Below are positions 46,601 through 59,999 of a stretch of DNA of 64,000 bases, piece after piece (positions within the stretch are counted from its first letter, which is position 1; every line of letters begins with the position of its first letter). The stretch is from the human T2T-CHM13v2.0 reference genome, Homo sapiens: NCBI RefSeq assembly GCF_009914755.1, contig NC_060947.1. The stretch is one strand, 5' to 3'. A program made the position numbers and the translations under genes. The notes beneath the pieces are model-generated. The model was not told where the DNA came from and made no database searches. It worked only from the letters and a program-made list of their open reading frames with translations.

Positions 46601-49484
46601 TCATGAAAAAAAGTGAAAGGATTTTCCAAAGTACAGATACAAAATGATACGTTATTTCCCAAAGAAAAATAAAGCTTAATTTCAATTCACAGTAAACAGT
46701 AAGCATATATCAGTGACAGATACATTTATATGATTTGTATGATATATTATGCATATATCATATATATGTGAATTAGGTACAGAGTGCAAGTAATTTACTG
46801 GCAGAAAATGATAACATTTTCTTCAGACTTCTCCATAGCTACACTCACTGAGAGAATAGATTAGCACAATTTCTACATAGTAAATACATTTAGATTCTCA
46901 AATTTGGATACCTTGATTATTTCCTACTTAAATCAGAAGAAAGTAGTCATTATGAAAAGTAAGAACTCCTACAGTGTAGAGGTCACTACCTCTTTAAAAA
47001 TCATCTAATCAAAACACAAAATGGACAAGCAAATAAGTAATATAATTTGTGGAAAAACACTCCAGCCAGCCAAGAAAGAAAGTGAAATAAGTATCTCATG
47101 ATGGATGAAAACAAATCTATAAAAGATCCTCAGTGAACTTTGAATCCACTGAAATAAATAACGACCTGTTCACAATTTTAAAACTTCAGTTACAAAACTG
47201 AAAGTACCTTTAATGTACCTTTAAATATTTTGATGTTAATAGAGAAAGAGGGAAGATTTAAAACTTGCTAGTTTCATAGTTTTTGTTTGTTTGTTTGTTT
47301 ATTTTCCCAGTGGGTGTACAAGAGATTCTAATGGTGAAAATGGACAGATAGTGTTTAAGAATAAGGAATGTCTGGAAGGGTGTTATTTAGACATTACAAT
47401 GTATTAAAATCACATGAGGGGCTTATAAAATACATATTCCAAAGTGCTGTCCTCTAAGATAGTCTAGTTAAATGGTTATCTGAAAGGGAAATCATATTTT
47501 TCAATCACTCAGCTGGCTTAATGCAATGGTCCTTTGCCTCATTTTGAGAAATACTGCACTCGAGGAAGCAAAACCTTACTATCAACAGTTTAGTTACAAA
47601 AATAGAAATATTTGTATGCACCACTACCACACCATTCATACACCAAAAGGGTATGTCAAATAAGGGAGGTAAAGTACTAAAATAATGTAGATGCAGCCCA
47701 TTGAAAGACATGTGATAACAAGAGATATTAGAAAAAGTTATCACAATCTAAGGCTGGATTAAAATTTCATGAAGTCTTACACCATATCAATAAAAGAAAT
47801 GTAAACTCATACAGTCAATAGATACATGTAAATCTAATTAGAAGAGTTTTTAATTAAAGAAAGGGCAACACTTTTATGAAAATACATGTAACCAAGATTT
47901 GAACAAGCCTTGCTTAATAGTAATCATTTCTTAATAGTAAGACAAACATCACTAAATGAAAATTGTAAAGCACAATGCCATCAATGCAATATGTCTCTGT
48001 TGATGTTACATAACAAAACACCAAAAATGCATAAAGTAAAACTTCTCAGAGAAATCCATTATGATTCACTCATTAATTTCATGTGATAATAGGTCCCTGT
48101 CTCTTAGAAGACAAAGTCAATCTCCACTTGGGGCAGAATAACTTGCTGAGCTATTTATTTCCACGTGTACGTTTCATTGATACGTTCCCTGTCTTGTTCT
48201 AAGAAGGTTTCTAGGATCCTTATGCTTTCCTACATAGGGAGTATTATTACGTGTTACGTAGCTAAAACAGCTTTTCCCTGAAGAGACACTCTCCAATAGG
48301 GTGTTGCTGTCCTGAAGACAGAGGATTTCACCAATGTGAAGAATGCTTACTGAATGGCACATTGAGGAGAACAAATTAGCTACTTTCGAGCAAATGGGAT
48401 TAAAAGGTATACGGAGGCCTAGTTTCAAGAGAGGGTGGCTGACTGTAGCAGGTGGTTTCCTAGGCAAAACCTTAGAGGAGAAGATAGGAAGTACTACCAG
48501 GAGGTCACAGCGTTGACCCAGATATTCTCATATTCATCATGGATTCCACTTCTGTATTGCTGACACAGAGAAAATGAATTGGGAGGATTCTGGAGTCAGG
48601 CTATTCCAGAATTGAGTGGTTCCAATGATGGGATGATGTCACCATTCTGAAATATATCTGAAAACATTTTTTAAGAAATGCTAATGACTGCTGAAAGGGT
48701 CTACTTTGGAAAGAAAAACTGGAAGCTTAGAAAGGGGGAATTTTCTTTTTTTAATTTGTTACTTGATTACCCCTTTAAAAATTTTCGTGATTATATGCTA
48801 CCATTACAATAAAAAGTTAAACAAGAAAGGCTTTAAATAAGAGCTTATTCTATGTCATTGGGTACTTATCAGCCTATGATTTTTCACAGAGCTTGCAATA
48901 AAATTATGGAAATAAAATTTACATTTTAAATCTCTTTAGGAAGTATCAGTATATTACCAGTAACTCTTTCACAGCGCAGTAAGCTTTTCTTTTAAAAAAT
49001 AAGCAAAGCTGCAATCCTTGAAGTAGTGCATTCTGAACATGATAAATGTTGTTGTTCAAGAGAGGCCAAGATGTGAAGAATTCCGAAAAAAAGAACACAG
49101 TTAACCAGGTGCTGGCCTTTGATGAGGTGCAAAGGCTAAATTTTCTACATTCTTCATTGTGTACTCCCCCAAAGGCCACAGACTCTACATTTTTATTACA
49201 TGTCATTAGGGCATCTGTAGTCAAGGACAAAAACCCTGATTAAGATGCCTTTGGCAACTCATCAAGAGTGGCTTTTAGGGACTTAGCAAATTGACTATGA
49301 AGAGGGATTAGGACAGGGGAAAACCAGCTTTTGTTAACCCTGTGCACCATACCACAAGTCTTTACACATATGGATGCATTTAATTCTCTCACCTGCAGGC
49401 ATGAACTCGTTTTATTATATTCCCTTACGTGGAAGAACATAAGACTTAAAAATGTTCGTGAAACTTTCTCAGGTTTTTTCTTTC

Positions 49485-49765
49485 CTTCCTCCTCCTCCTC
49501 CTCCTTCTTCTTCTCCTTCTTCTTTTTGAGACAGAGTCTTGCTCATGTTACTTAGTCTTTGAGTGCAGTGGTGTGACCATAGCTCACTGCAGCCTCAACC
49601 TCCCAGGCTCAAGAGATCTTCCTTTCCCAGCCTCTTGAGTATCTGGGACTGCAGGTGTGCCACCATACCTGGTTAATTTCTAAAAAATTTGTTGTAGAAA
49701 TCGGGTCTTGCTGTGCTTCCCAGGCAGATCTTTAATTCTTGGGCTCAAACAATCCTTCTGCCTTG
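49485..49765 (-). mobile_element. AluJ, truncated, (CCT/CTT)n tail; followed by a reverse L1MA 3' end (~49770-49940)
   Basis: Reverse Alu body gagacagagtcttgctc...aatccttctgccttgg. Confidence 0.85.
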
Positions 49766-49965
49766 GAGGTCTTTTCTTTTATTGTATAAATTTAATGTGT
49801 ACCATGTGATGCTTCAGTACACATATGCACAGTGAAATGAAAACTACAGTCAAGTAAATTAACATATCATCACCTTACATCATTCCTTTTTTGTATATTA
49901 AAAACACCTAAAGTATATATTCTCTTAGTAAATGTCCAGGTCTTATAAATGGCAAAATTAAAACT

Positions 49966-50840
49966 GTATGGGAGGAAGAATAATTCCTCGAATCCCCACT
50001 TCTCAAATATGTCCACATTTTAATCACCATAATCTGTGACTATGGAGTGTTACGTGACCAAATGGAGTCTGCAGGTATGATTAGATTTAGATTTTGAGAT
50101 GGAAATATTATTCTGGATTAGCCAAGTGAACTCAAGCAATGTAATCACAAGAGTCCTGAAATGTAGAAGAGGAAGGCAGAGGAGTTAGAACTACAGATAA
50201 GACTTTGTGTGAGAAAGACTTGACCAGCTCCTGTTAGCCTTGAAGATGAAAAAGAGGCTAGCTGCAATGTCTCACACCAGAGATCTCAGAGCTTTGGGAG
50301 ACTTAAGTGAGAGGAGACTGGGATGTTGAGACCGGCCTGGGCAATACAGCAAGATCCTGCCTCCATAACAAATAAAAAAGTTAGCCAGGTGTGGAGGCAC
50401 TAGCCCACAGTCCCAGCTACTTGAGAGGCTGAGGTAGGAGGGTCACTTGAGCCCAAGAGGTTAAGGCTGCAGTGATCTATGATTGTATTAATACCACTAA
50501 TATCACTGCATTCCAGCTTGGGTGACAAAGTGAGACTCTGAGACCAAAAATAAATAAATAAATAAATAAAAAGAAGGGATTATGAGCCAAGAATGTGGAC
50601 AGCCTCCAGAGAGAGGAAAAAAAGGAAGAGATTATGAGCCAAGAATGTGGACAGCCTCCAGACAGTGCAAAAGGCAAGGAAATGGATTATCCCCCAAAAT
50701 CCTCCAAACAAAATGGTGCAACCATGCCAACACCATGCTTTCAGCCCAATGAGACCCATGCCAGGCTTCTGAACACCAGAAATGTCAGATAATAAATTTG
50801 TGTTGTTTTAAGCCATTAGATTTGTGATAATGGGTTACAG
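49966..50840 (+). mobile_element. MLT1D-like LTR interrupted by AluJ (~50258-50572)
   Basis: gtccacattttaatc...gagatggaaatattattctggatta...aataaatttgtgttgttttaagcc; 33-bp internal duplication gattatgagccaagaatgtggacagcctccaga. Confidence 0.8.
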
Positions 50841-51359
50841 CAGTTGTAGGAAACTAATCCTCTAGACAGAGATTCACACACCATGCCAACTAGTCAGTTA
50901 AAACATGGTGTCTCAGTGCAGACTCAGACAGATGGGATTTTGTCAGAAAGTGTTCAATCAATAGAACCCAGTAATGCCTGAGGACTTCTGTGTTCCTAAG
51001 TAGGCCAGCAATTCACAACCTTCTTATGTGAGAATTAACAACCTTATAGCAGGCCAGAGAGAGGAACGATCCTCATGTCTAATACAATCCTGGAATGCAG
51101 AGAAAAATATCATGCCTAGAGTTAGATTTCTTCTTCACACTGGTAATCATGGTGAAGGACTCTAGGGGCAGGACTGGGGTGGGGCAGAGAAACATCACTT
51201 GTTGATATTGGAGTCACGGCACAAGTTTTAATGCTGATTCTATCCCTGTAAATTTGGTGGATTTTTAACTGTTAGGTAAGTGAGGTGAAAAAAAGACTCA
51301 GTGAATTCATTTATCTAATCAGAAGAAATAGTGGTACATCCATCCATTCAGACACTATT

Positions 51360-51716
51360 TGTTATGGCTTGATGATGATGTTCTCTCCAAAATTTATGTT
51401 AAAATTTAATCCCCATTGTGGTGGCAGTAAGAAGTGGAGACTGGGGGGATGTGACCAAATCATGGAAGCTCCACCTTCATGAATGGATTAGGACCTCAGA
51501 AAACAAGCTTGCAGTAGTAAGTTCACTCTCTCTCTCTCTCTCTCTTCTATTCTTCTGCCATGTGAGGCTGTGACAAGAAGGCTGTCACCAAACACCTAAT
51601 GCTAACAACTTGATCTTAGACTCCCCAGCCTCCAGATGGTAAGAAATGTATTGCTGCTTTTTATAAATTACCCAGTCTAAGATATTTTGTTACAGCAGCA
51701 CAAATGGACTAAGACA
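51360..51716 (+). mobile_element. MST/MLT1A-like MaLR LTR
   Basis: tgttatggcttga...aaatggactaagaca; TSD ctatt/gtatt. Confidence 0.8.
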
Positions 51717-51959
51717 GTATTCAAAAATAAGATGAATCAGTCATAAAGTCAGGCAAAGACATGGAGAACTCTTAAATGCATATTGCTAAGTGAAGAAAGT
51801 TAATCTTGAAAGATTTTATATTGCATGATTTTATTGACATGATATTCTTGACTAGGCAAAACTACAGCCAATAAACAGATCAGGGTTATCCATGTGTTTG
51901 AGGAGAGGAGACTTTTGAACAGGTGAAGCACATGGCATACTCCTAGGGTAATAGAACTT

Positions 51960-52305
51960 GAGTCCTTTCTTGGTATCTATATGGGATTCGTTCCAGGATC
52001 GCCTGTGGATACCGAATCCACAGATGAATAAGTCCATTATATAAAATGCTGTATTATTTGAGTATAAACTACACACAACTTCCTGTATGCTTTAAATTAT
52101 ATCTATACTACCTAATACAATGTAAATGCTATGTAAATAGTTGTTATACTGTTTTCTTTAGGGAGTAATAACAAGAAAAAAAGTCTATACATATTCAGTG
52201 CCAATGCAACCATCCATTGTTTTTTGTTTTCTTTTTTTCAGTATTTTCATAATGCAGTTGGTTGAATCCATTGATGCAAAACCAAGGGGTACAAAGGCCT
52301 GACTG
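51960..52305. mobile_element. MER2 (Tigger-derived MITE)
   Basis: ggtatctatatgggattcgttccaggatc...gttgaatcc...ggcctgactg-ta. Confidence 0.85.
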
Positions 52306-53324
52306 TATTGTGTATGATACTGTAATAGCAGATACATGACACTATACAATTGTCAAAAATCATAAAACCTTACAGCATGAAGACTGAACTAAATGTATGC
52401 GACTTAAAAGAAAACAGAAACAACAAAAAATAGGAATTTAGGGGCTCCCAGGATGAAATGCACACTGAAACAGAAGAATTTGATAATGTTACAAGTGTGT
52501 GAAGCAGTCTCGCTGAAGGAGAGACCAGCAGTTCTAGCCTAATATTACTTTGCATCTCTGTGAATCTTTAAGACTAAAGGCAAAAGGAACTGCCGATAAA
52601 GCCCTGTTCTCTAGTTGATAAAGTTGTTTCCTACAAGCGTAGGGGTTAACAATTCTAAAGCCATGACACATGTGTACTGGAATTAAACAATTAAGACAAT
52701 AGATGGCAGGTTGTGGGAGGCAGGTTTCTCACTGTTGGAGTGGGAGCTAGTATTGAAAGAAATTAGTAAAACCCATGTGGCAATGGATTAGAGAGAGTTG
52801 AAGGCCTCAAGATAAAATTATGTATAGCTTCATATAGACACAAATAATTACATATAGAAATTTTTAGGGGTATGTATATACACATGGGTTAGTTTGCACA
52901 CATATGTTTTCTTGCTCTGTCAGCTGAGAAGGCCTTGAAGAAACAATACTCTAGTGGGAACAAGCACATCTGGTGGCCAGAATTTGGTTTCTCATACTAT
53001 TTTCCATTAAAATTAGCCAAGGATCCTGGGAAACATGGCTGAATGTAGGAATGAGGCAGGGAATATATAAGATGAGTCTGTAACATCTTATAGGGTCAGA
53101 AAGTCATGAAGAGTGCACACACCACACACACACACACACCCACACACACATGCATATACACACACAAATGCAATGATGGCTATGTGAAAATTACTACCGG
53201 TACTCAGTAAAACTGAAATATCATGGAAAGTTGCAGACAGGCACAGCTTTCTACCCAGCAGTTTTACCTCTATACTAGATCAATGTATATGGCAGCACAA
53301 GGAGCACTCTTGATACCAATTTTC

Positions 53325-53720
53325 TGTATTAGTCCATTCTCGCACCGCTATAAATAAGTGTAAAGAACTAGCAGAGACTAAGTAATTTATAATGAAAAGA
53401 GGCTTAATTGACTCACATTTCCACAGGCTCTACAGGAGGCTGGGAATCCCTCAGGAAACTTATAACCATGGCACAAGGTGAAGGAGAAGCCAGCACATCT
53501 CACATGATGGGAGCAGGAGGAAGAGAGAGAAAAGAAGGAGGTGCCACACATTGAACCAGATTGAATGAGAACTCTATCACTGGACAGCACTAGGAGGATG
53601 GTGCCAAACCACTAGAAACCACCACCATGATCCAGTTACCTCCCACATGGCTCCACCTCCGATACTCAGATTACAACCCAACATGAGATTTGGGTGGGGA
53701 CACAGAGCCAAACCATACCA
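53325..53720 (-). mobile_element. MSTA-like MaLR LTR
   Basis: tgtattagtccattctc...gagatttgggtggggacacagagccaaaccatacca. Confidence 0.88.
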
Positions 53721-53867
53721 GGGATGGTAATCTTCATATTGTTTTTTAAGAGTAAATATTGCGAAATGAGTAAGAGTTTGTTTTTATGACAGTAAGGGCA
53801 AATTTTTGCTATTAGTAGGTGCAGCAATTTGCAACTGTTAAGAAAATTGAACCGCATCTTATAACAT

Positions 53868-54318
53868 TGCTAGGGTTTGAATATTTGTCTCCTCCAAACT
53901 CATGTTGAAACCTAATCCCCAATGTGGCAGGATTAAGAGTTAAGACCTTGAAGAGATGATTGGGCCTTGAGGGCTTATCCTTGTGAATGGATTAGTCCAT
54001 TCATGAATTAATGAGTTAATGGGTTACTAGCTTATAATGGGAGTGTAATGCGTTAAAGAATCATAATGGGAGTGGGACTTATGCCTTTAGAAGGAGAGGA
54101 AGAAAAGATGTTAGCACACGTAGCCCCCTAACCACATGAGGTCCTTCACCACCTCATGGGACTCTAAAAAGAGTACCCGCCAGCAAGAAAGCTCTCAGCC
54201 AATGAGGGCTCTTGACCTTGTACTTCTCACCTCCAAAATTTTAAGAAATATATTTCTTAAGAAATAAATTGTCTAGTTTCAGTATTCTTTTATAAGCGAC
54301 AGAAAGCAGACTAAGACA
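53868..54318 (+). mobile_element. MSTC/D-like MaLR LTR
   Basis: tgctagggtttgaatatttgtc...gcagactaagaca; TSD aacat/cacat. Confidence 0.82.
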
Positions 54319-54472
54319 CACATTTTTAAAAAATGAACCAGATCCACATGTATCAGCCTAGGTGTGAGTGAAAAATGTAAATTGAAAAATGGCACTCGTC
54401 AGAATTTTATCATTACAGGAGAACATGTATTTAGTCAGCATAGGAAAAATGTGCCCATAAAGAATGTATACC

Positions 54473-54762
54473 AGCAGGGTGCAGTGGCTCATGACTGTAA
54501 TCCCAGCACTTTGGGAGACCAAGGCGAGAGGATCACTTGAGCGCAGGATTTCAAGACCAGCCTGGGAAGCATAGCAAGACCCCATCTCTACAAAAAGTTA
54601 AAAAATTAGCCAGGCATGGTAGCACACACCTGTGATCCTGGCTACTCAGGAGGCTGAGGTGAGAGGATCATTGGGCCCAGGAGGTTAAGGCTGCAGTGAG
54701 CTGTGATTGTGCCACTGCACTTCAGCCTGGGCAACTGAGCAAGAGCCTGTCAAAAAAAAAAA
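54473..54762 (+). mobile_element. AluJ
   Basis: Alu dimer, TSD gtatacc. Confidence 0.9.
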
Positions 54763-55245
54763 GTATACCTATTACTCATAAGTGGCTACGTTTGAGAACA
54801 GAGGCAAGCATATATTAAGGAAGGGTAGTTAGTTTCATATTTTATTTCTTTAAGAAAAGAATGCTTTGAAAAATGTGTAACAAAGTATTAACTCATTATG
54901 TAATTGCTGGTCAGAGAGGCATTTTTACATTATTTTCAATATGTTATGTGGTTAAAATAATGTATATGTTAATTTTTAAAATCAAACAAAAGAGAGAACA
55001 TAGGCATAAGGTAAGAAATGTATCATGATGAACTGGAGAATGAGTAGAGTGGATGTCTGCAGGAAATCTCCTTGAAAAGAGAGAAAACATATTTTAGTTT
55101 TCATTTATTTTGTTTCATGAAGTGGTGATTAGCTCATGAAATGCTTGCAGTATTAATGAGAGTTATCTACTTATTTTGTTTACAATGTAATAGTCTGATT
55201 ATTCCTCAGTTAAAGATTTTCTGCACAAGTTTATGTGAAAATTTA

Positions 55246-56114
<869 letters not shown>

Positions 56115-56859
56115 GCTTTTATTTGGTTTCTTAGTAGCAATAGTATAGAAGACAGGCAGAAAATTGTTATTGAGGTAAAGGAGTTAGGAAGAGTAGTCTC
56201 TTAGCATATTATACAATTATGTTTTCTCTATTGTTTGCTTTTAAACAATATTATAGGGTTTCAATGTTTCTCACAATAATGTCACTTTAAAATTATGTAG
56301 CTTACTAATTGACTTCCTCTCTTTTTGTATCTTATGAGATACATGCAATAAAAAAAAATAGCCCATAAAAATCATCTTAGACTGGATCAGCTTCCATGAA
56401 GTTGATAGAAAACAATGCCATATATTATCACTTAGATATATATTTATCTATATGTCATGTGTTTAGACTGAAATAACTAATTCCTTCTCTTCACATACAA
56501 TACCAGAAGCAATCTGTTTATTTCGTTGCTATTTTTAAATGCACATGCTTCAGACTTAGGATTTTTTCGAAGTACAAACTTTCTGTTGGATTGGTTAGTC
56601 CTCTTCTCATGAACAAATCTTGACATTAATAAGAGAAGATGAACAGTAACTAAAACTAATAAAAGAGAGATGGACAGTAACTTCCAAAGGCCAAGGATTA
56701 TTGTAAGGTTGTTATTATTATTACCACATTTAAACATCAAAATAACCCTTCCGAAACTGATATATTAAGAAAAATTGAATCTTATGTTTATCCAAAATTG
56801 GAAGTAGCTCAGTATGAGTCTTCTCTTTTTTAACTCTGATTTTGCTACTAGTTTCACTC

Positions 56860-57060
56860 TGGCCCAGGAAATCGGTGTATCTTTCACAATGAATATTGTT
56901 GTTTGCTTAAGTTCTCATCCCCAGTTTCCTCTTCTGTGAAATGGGATAACAATACATACCTAGTTCATAGGATGGACATGAGAAATAGATGAGAATGCTT
57001 GGAGACTGCTTATCATAATACATAGAATTCAGTAAGCAGTCAAAGCATGTTATCTATTAT
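56860..57060 (+). mobile_element. MIR
   Basis: cagtttcctcttctgtgaaatgggataacaatacatacctagttcataggat core. Confidence 0.7.
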
Positions 57061-57501
57061 TGTTTTACCATTAAGAATGTTTTGTGACTTAGTGAAATTT
57101 TTCAATAGATTTGCTTTCTTTTTTCTGTTTTGAACTTGGTATTTGTTTATTTGTTGACCTTGACACAGGGAAATTTTCCTGGATTCTCCAGATGGTACCA
57201 ATGTAACCACAGGGGTCCTTAAATGTAGAAGTCAAAGAAGACAATGTATCAAAGTGGTGCCAGGCGAGATTCAACCAGCTGTGTGTATGTGTGTGTGTGT
57301 GTGTGTGTGTGGGCATGCATGTATGATTTTGTATATTTTTTCCCCAGGAGCATAAAATTTACTTCAATTCTGCTATGCAAACACCCATGAGTTATTTGCA
57401 TAAGCCATCACACTTCTGGGTGGTGAATATTAAACAAAGGAATGTAGAATAGTGAAGAAATGCTTTCTAAAGGTTGAGCTGCAGGTGCTGTAGGAATGTA
57501 G

Positions 57502-57639
57502 ATAATGCACACCCTATATAGGTATGAGTGTGCACGTGTTGAAGATATATATACACGCATATATGTGGCTATATAGGTGTGTGTATATACATATGTCTTC
57601 AACACATGCACACTCATATCTGTATAGGGTGTGCATTAT
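57502..57639. repeat. 138-bp near-perfect palindrome
   Basis: ataatgcacaccctatataggtatgagtgtgcacgtgttgaaga pairs with tcttcaacacatgcacactcatatctgtatagggtgtgcattat. Confidence 0.92.
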
Positions 57640-57787
57640 ATATATGTATGCATATTGTGTGTATATAATGTTATTTAGCATAGAAAATAACATATAAGTT
57701 GTATTTTTAGAAATTGGTATGACATAATGTTAATCAAGAGAAACTGGTTATCCGTGAACACCCTTCATATAAGGAAAAAAAAAGTGT

Positions 57788-58083
57788 GGGAGCAACAGCT
57801 CAGACCTGTAATTCCAGCACGTTGGAAGTCAAGGTGGGAGAATTGCTTGAGCCCAGAGGTTCGAGACCAGCATGGGCAACAGAGTGAGACCACATCTCTA
57901 CAAGTATTTTAAACGTTAGCCTGGCATGGTGGTGCACACCTGGAATCCCAGCTACTTGGGAGGCTGAGGTGGGATGGTCACTTGAGCCAAGGCAGTTGAG
58001 GCTGCAGTGAGTTATGATTGCACCACTGCACTGCAGCCTGGGGGACAGAGTGAGACCATGTCTCAAAAAAGAAAAAAATAAAA
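57788..58083 (+). mobile_element. AluJ
   Basis: Diverged Alu dimer. Confidence 0.88.
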
Positions 58084-58905
58084 ACTGGTTAAAGTTTGAA
58101 TAATAAAGGTGCTGATTCTTTTTACTGTGCAATAAATAACAATGATGATGGACAGTCTACTGGTTTTTCTCCCCAGCTTTGCAAAATAGTCTTCCTACTA
58201 GTCATCGAGATGATCACTTTGCACCTACATTGACATCACAAAATGCCTCCCTCCGCGTGCCCAATTGATGGTGGACTCTCAGCAAACACATTCCTCCTTC
58301 TCGCACAGATCTTGACCCTCCTTAATCAGAAGCGATAGATGGATTTTCTATTTCTCCCTTTATATATGTAAAATGCAGAATTTTTGTCATCATCAAGGAT
58401 CGGAATCAAGGACTAATCTCTTTCTAGATTTCTTGTCGACCCAAGAGCAGTAGGCATGATCAAGTATTCATGGAGCTGTCCATGGTTTTGGAGGAGAAGG
58501 TATATTATCTATGCCTCTGTAGTTCCTCACACTTAAGCATTATACCACATATACCCCTTATATTAAATCATAAATTTTATTACAGATTAACTGCTATAAA
58601 AATGTTTAATAAACCCAACATATAAGAGTGTTATAACAGTGTCTGGGAAAATACAATAAAGCCGAGCTGCCAGTACATAATGAAGTGTTCTGTGCTTTTA
58701 TTGCTGCATGTTGCAATAAACCAATCTGAGGATTTTAGACTTCTTGTAAGAAAATTATCCGACTTCCCCTTAAAGTAGGAGTCACTTTTCAATTCACTTA
58801 TCAATTGTCTCTGAAAAATTAAAAGAAAAAAAACAAGCTATGTAATATTCTGTTAGAAATATTCATATTATATGTGTGTTGTGTGTCCTTAAAAATGTTT
58901 ATGGA

Positions 58906-59210
<305 letters not shown>

Positions 59211-59999
59211 AGTTTATGGATTTGCATTGATCCAACTAGAAACTCTACCATATATTTATTCCTAAATTTTGGGCATTTTCACCAAGCAAAACTACATCAG
59301 AAAGACTAGCAGGGCAAAATGGGTTACGTTATCTTGGAAACACAAAGTAATTTATTGTGACAGCAAGGATAGTAATAAAACTGTGTAATACTGTTGAACA
59401 GCTGAAGACAGTCTAATACCTTACTGACTTATAAACAAACATGAAGGAGATGCATTAGGTTAATCAAACCTGCTTGTATATATCCAGTACAATGTTATAA
59501 TATTTTTTAGCTAGGTTATCACTAATTATTTCTGACTGCTTGTATAGTCTTCGTTCAGAATTGTTTCTTAATATCATCACTACTTACAGAGACATCTGTT
59601 TCAGCATATTCTTTACATAAGCCCTTTTCTCATGTACCCTGAATCTTTAATGCATAGTTATGCTAGTTGTTGGCAATAGCAATATTTAACCATATATTTT
59701 AGCAGAAGTTATAATAGACTTTTAACAGAAAGTGAAATGAATCCATCTGGAGACTGTATTTAATTTTCAAAATTAGGATGTACAATAACCATCTTTCGAA
59801 AACAGAAAACCTAGAATACATGTATGAAATTTTGCTAAAGACCTAATTTAGCAAAATGAAATTGCATTGTCTAAGTGTAGGCTGCATAAATCAAAAGAAA
59901 TAGTCTGCAGACAATCTTTATTTTCATATTTCTGCTCTATGCTCAATGCATAAAGTATGGTTAAACATCACAAATTATGGCATTAAACCCAAAACATTC

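Larger units (their letters stand above)
51290..53180 (+). mobile_element. L1MC-type 3' end with nested MaLR and MER2
   Basis: catggagaactcttaaatgcatattgctaagtgaa ... gtttctcactgttggagtgggag ... gggaatatataagatgag. Confidence 0.75.

Noticed and set aside
56500-58370. Minus-strand exon-like pieces (~56503-56620, ~58225-58357) as 3' exons of the RRM fossil
   Set aside because: Weak donors and no recognisable family similarity; cannot be supported without alignment.
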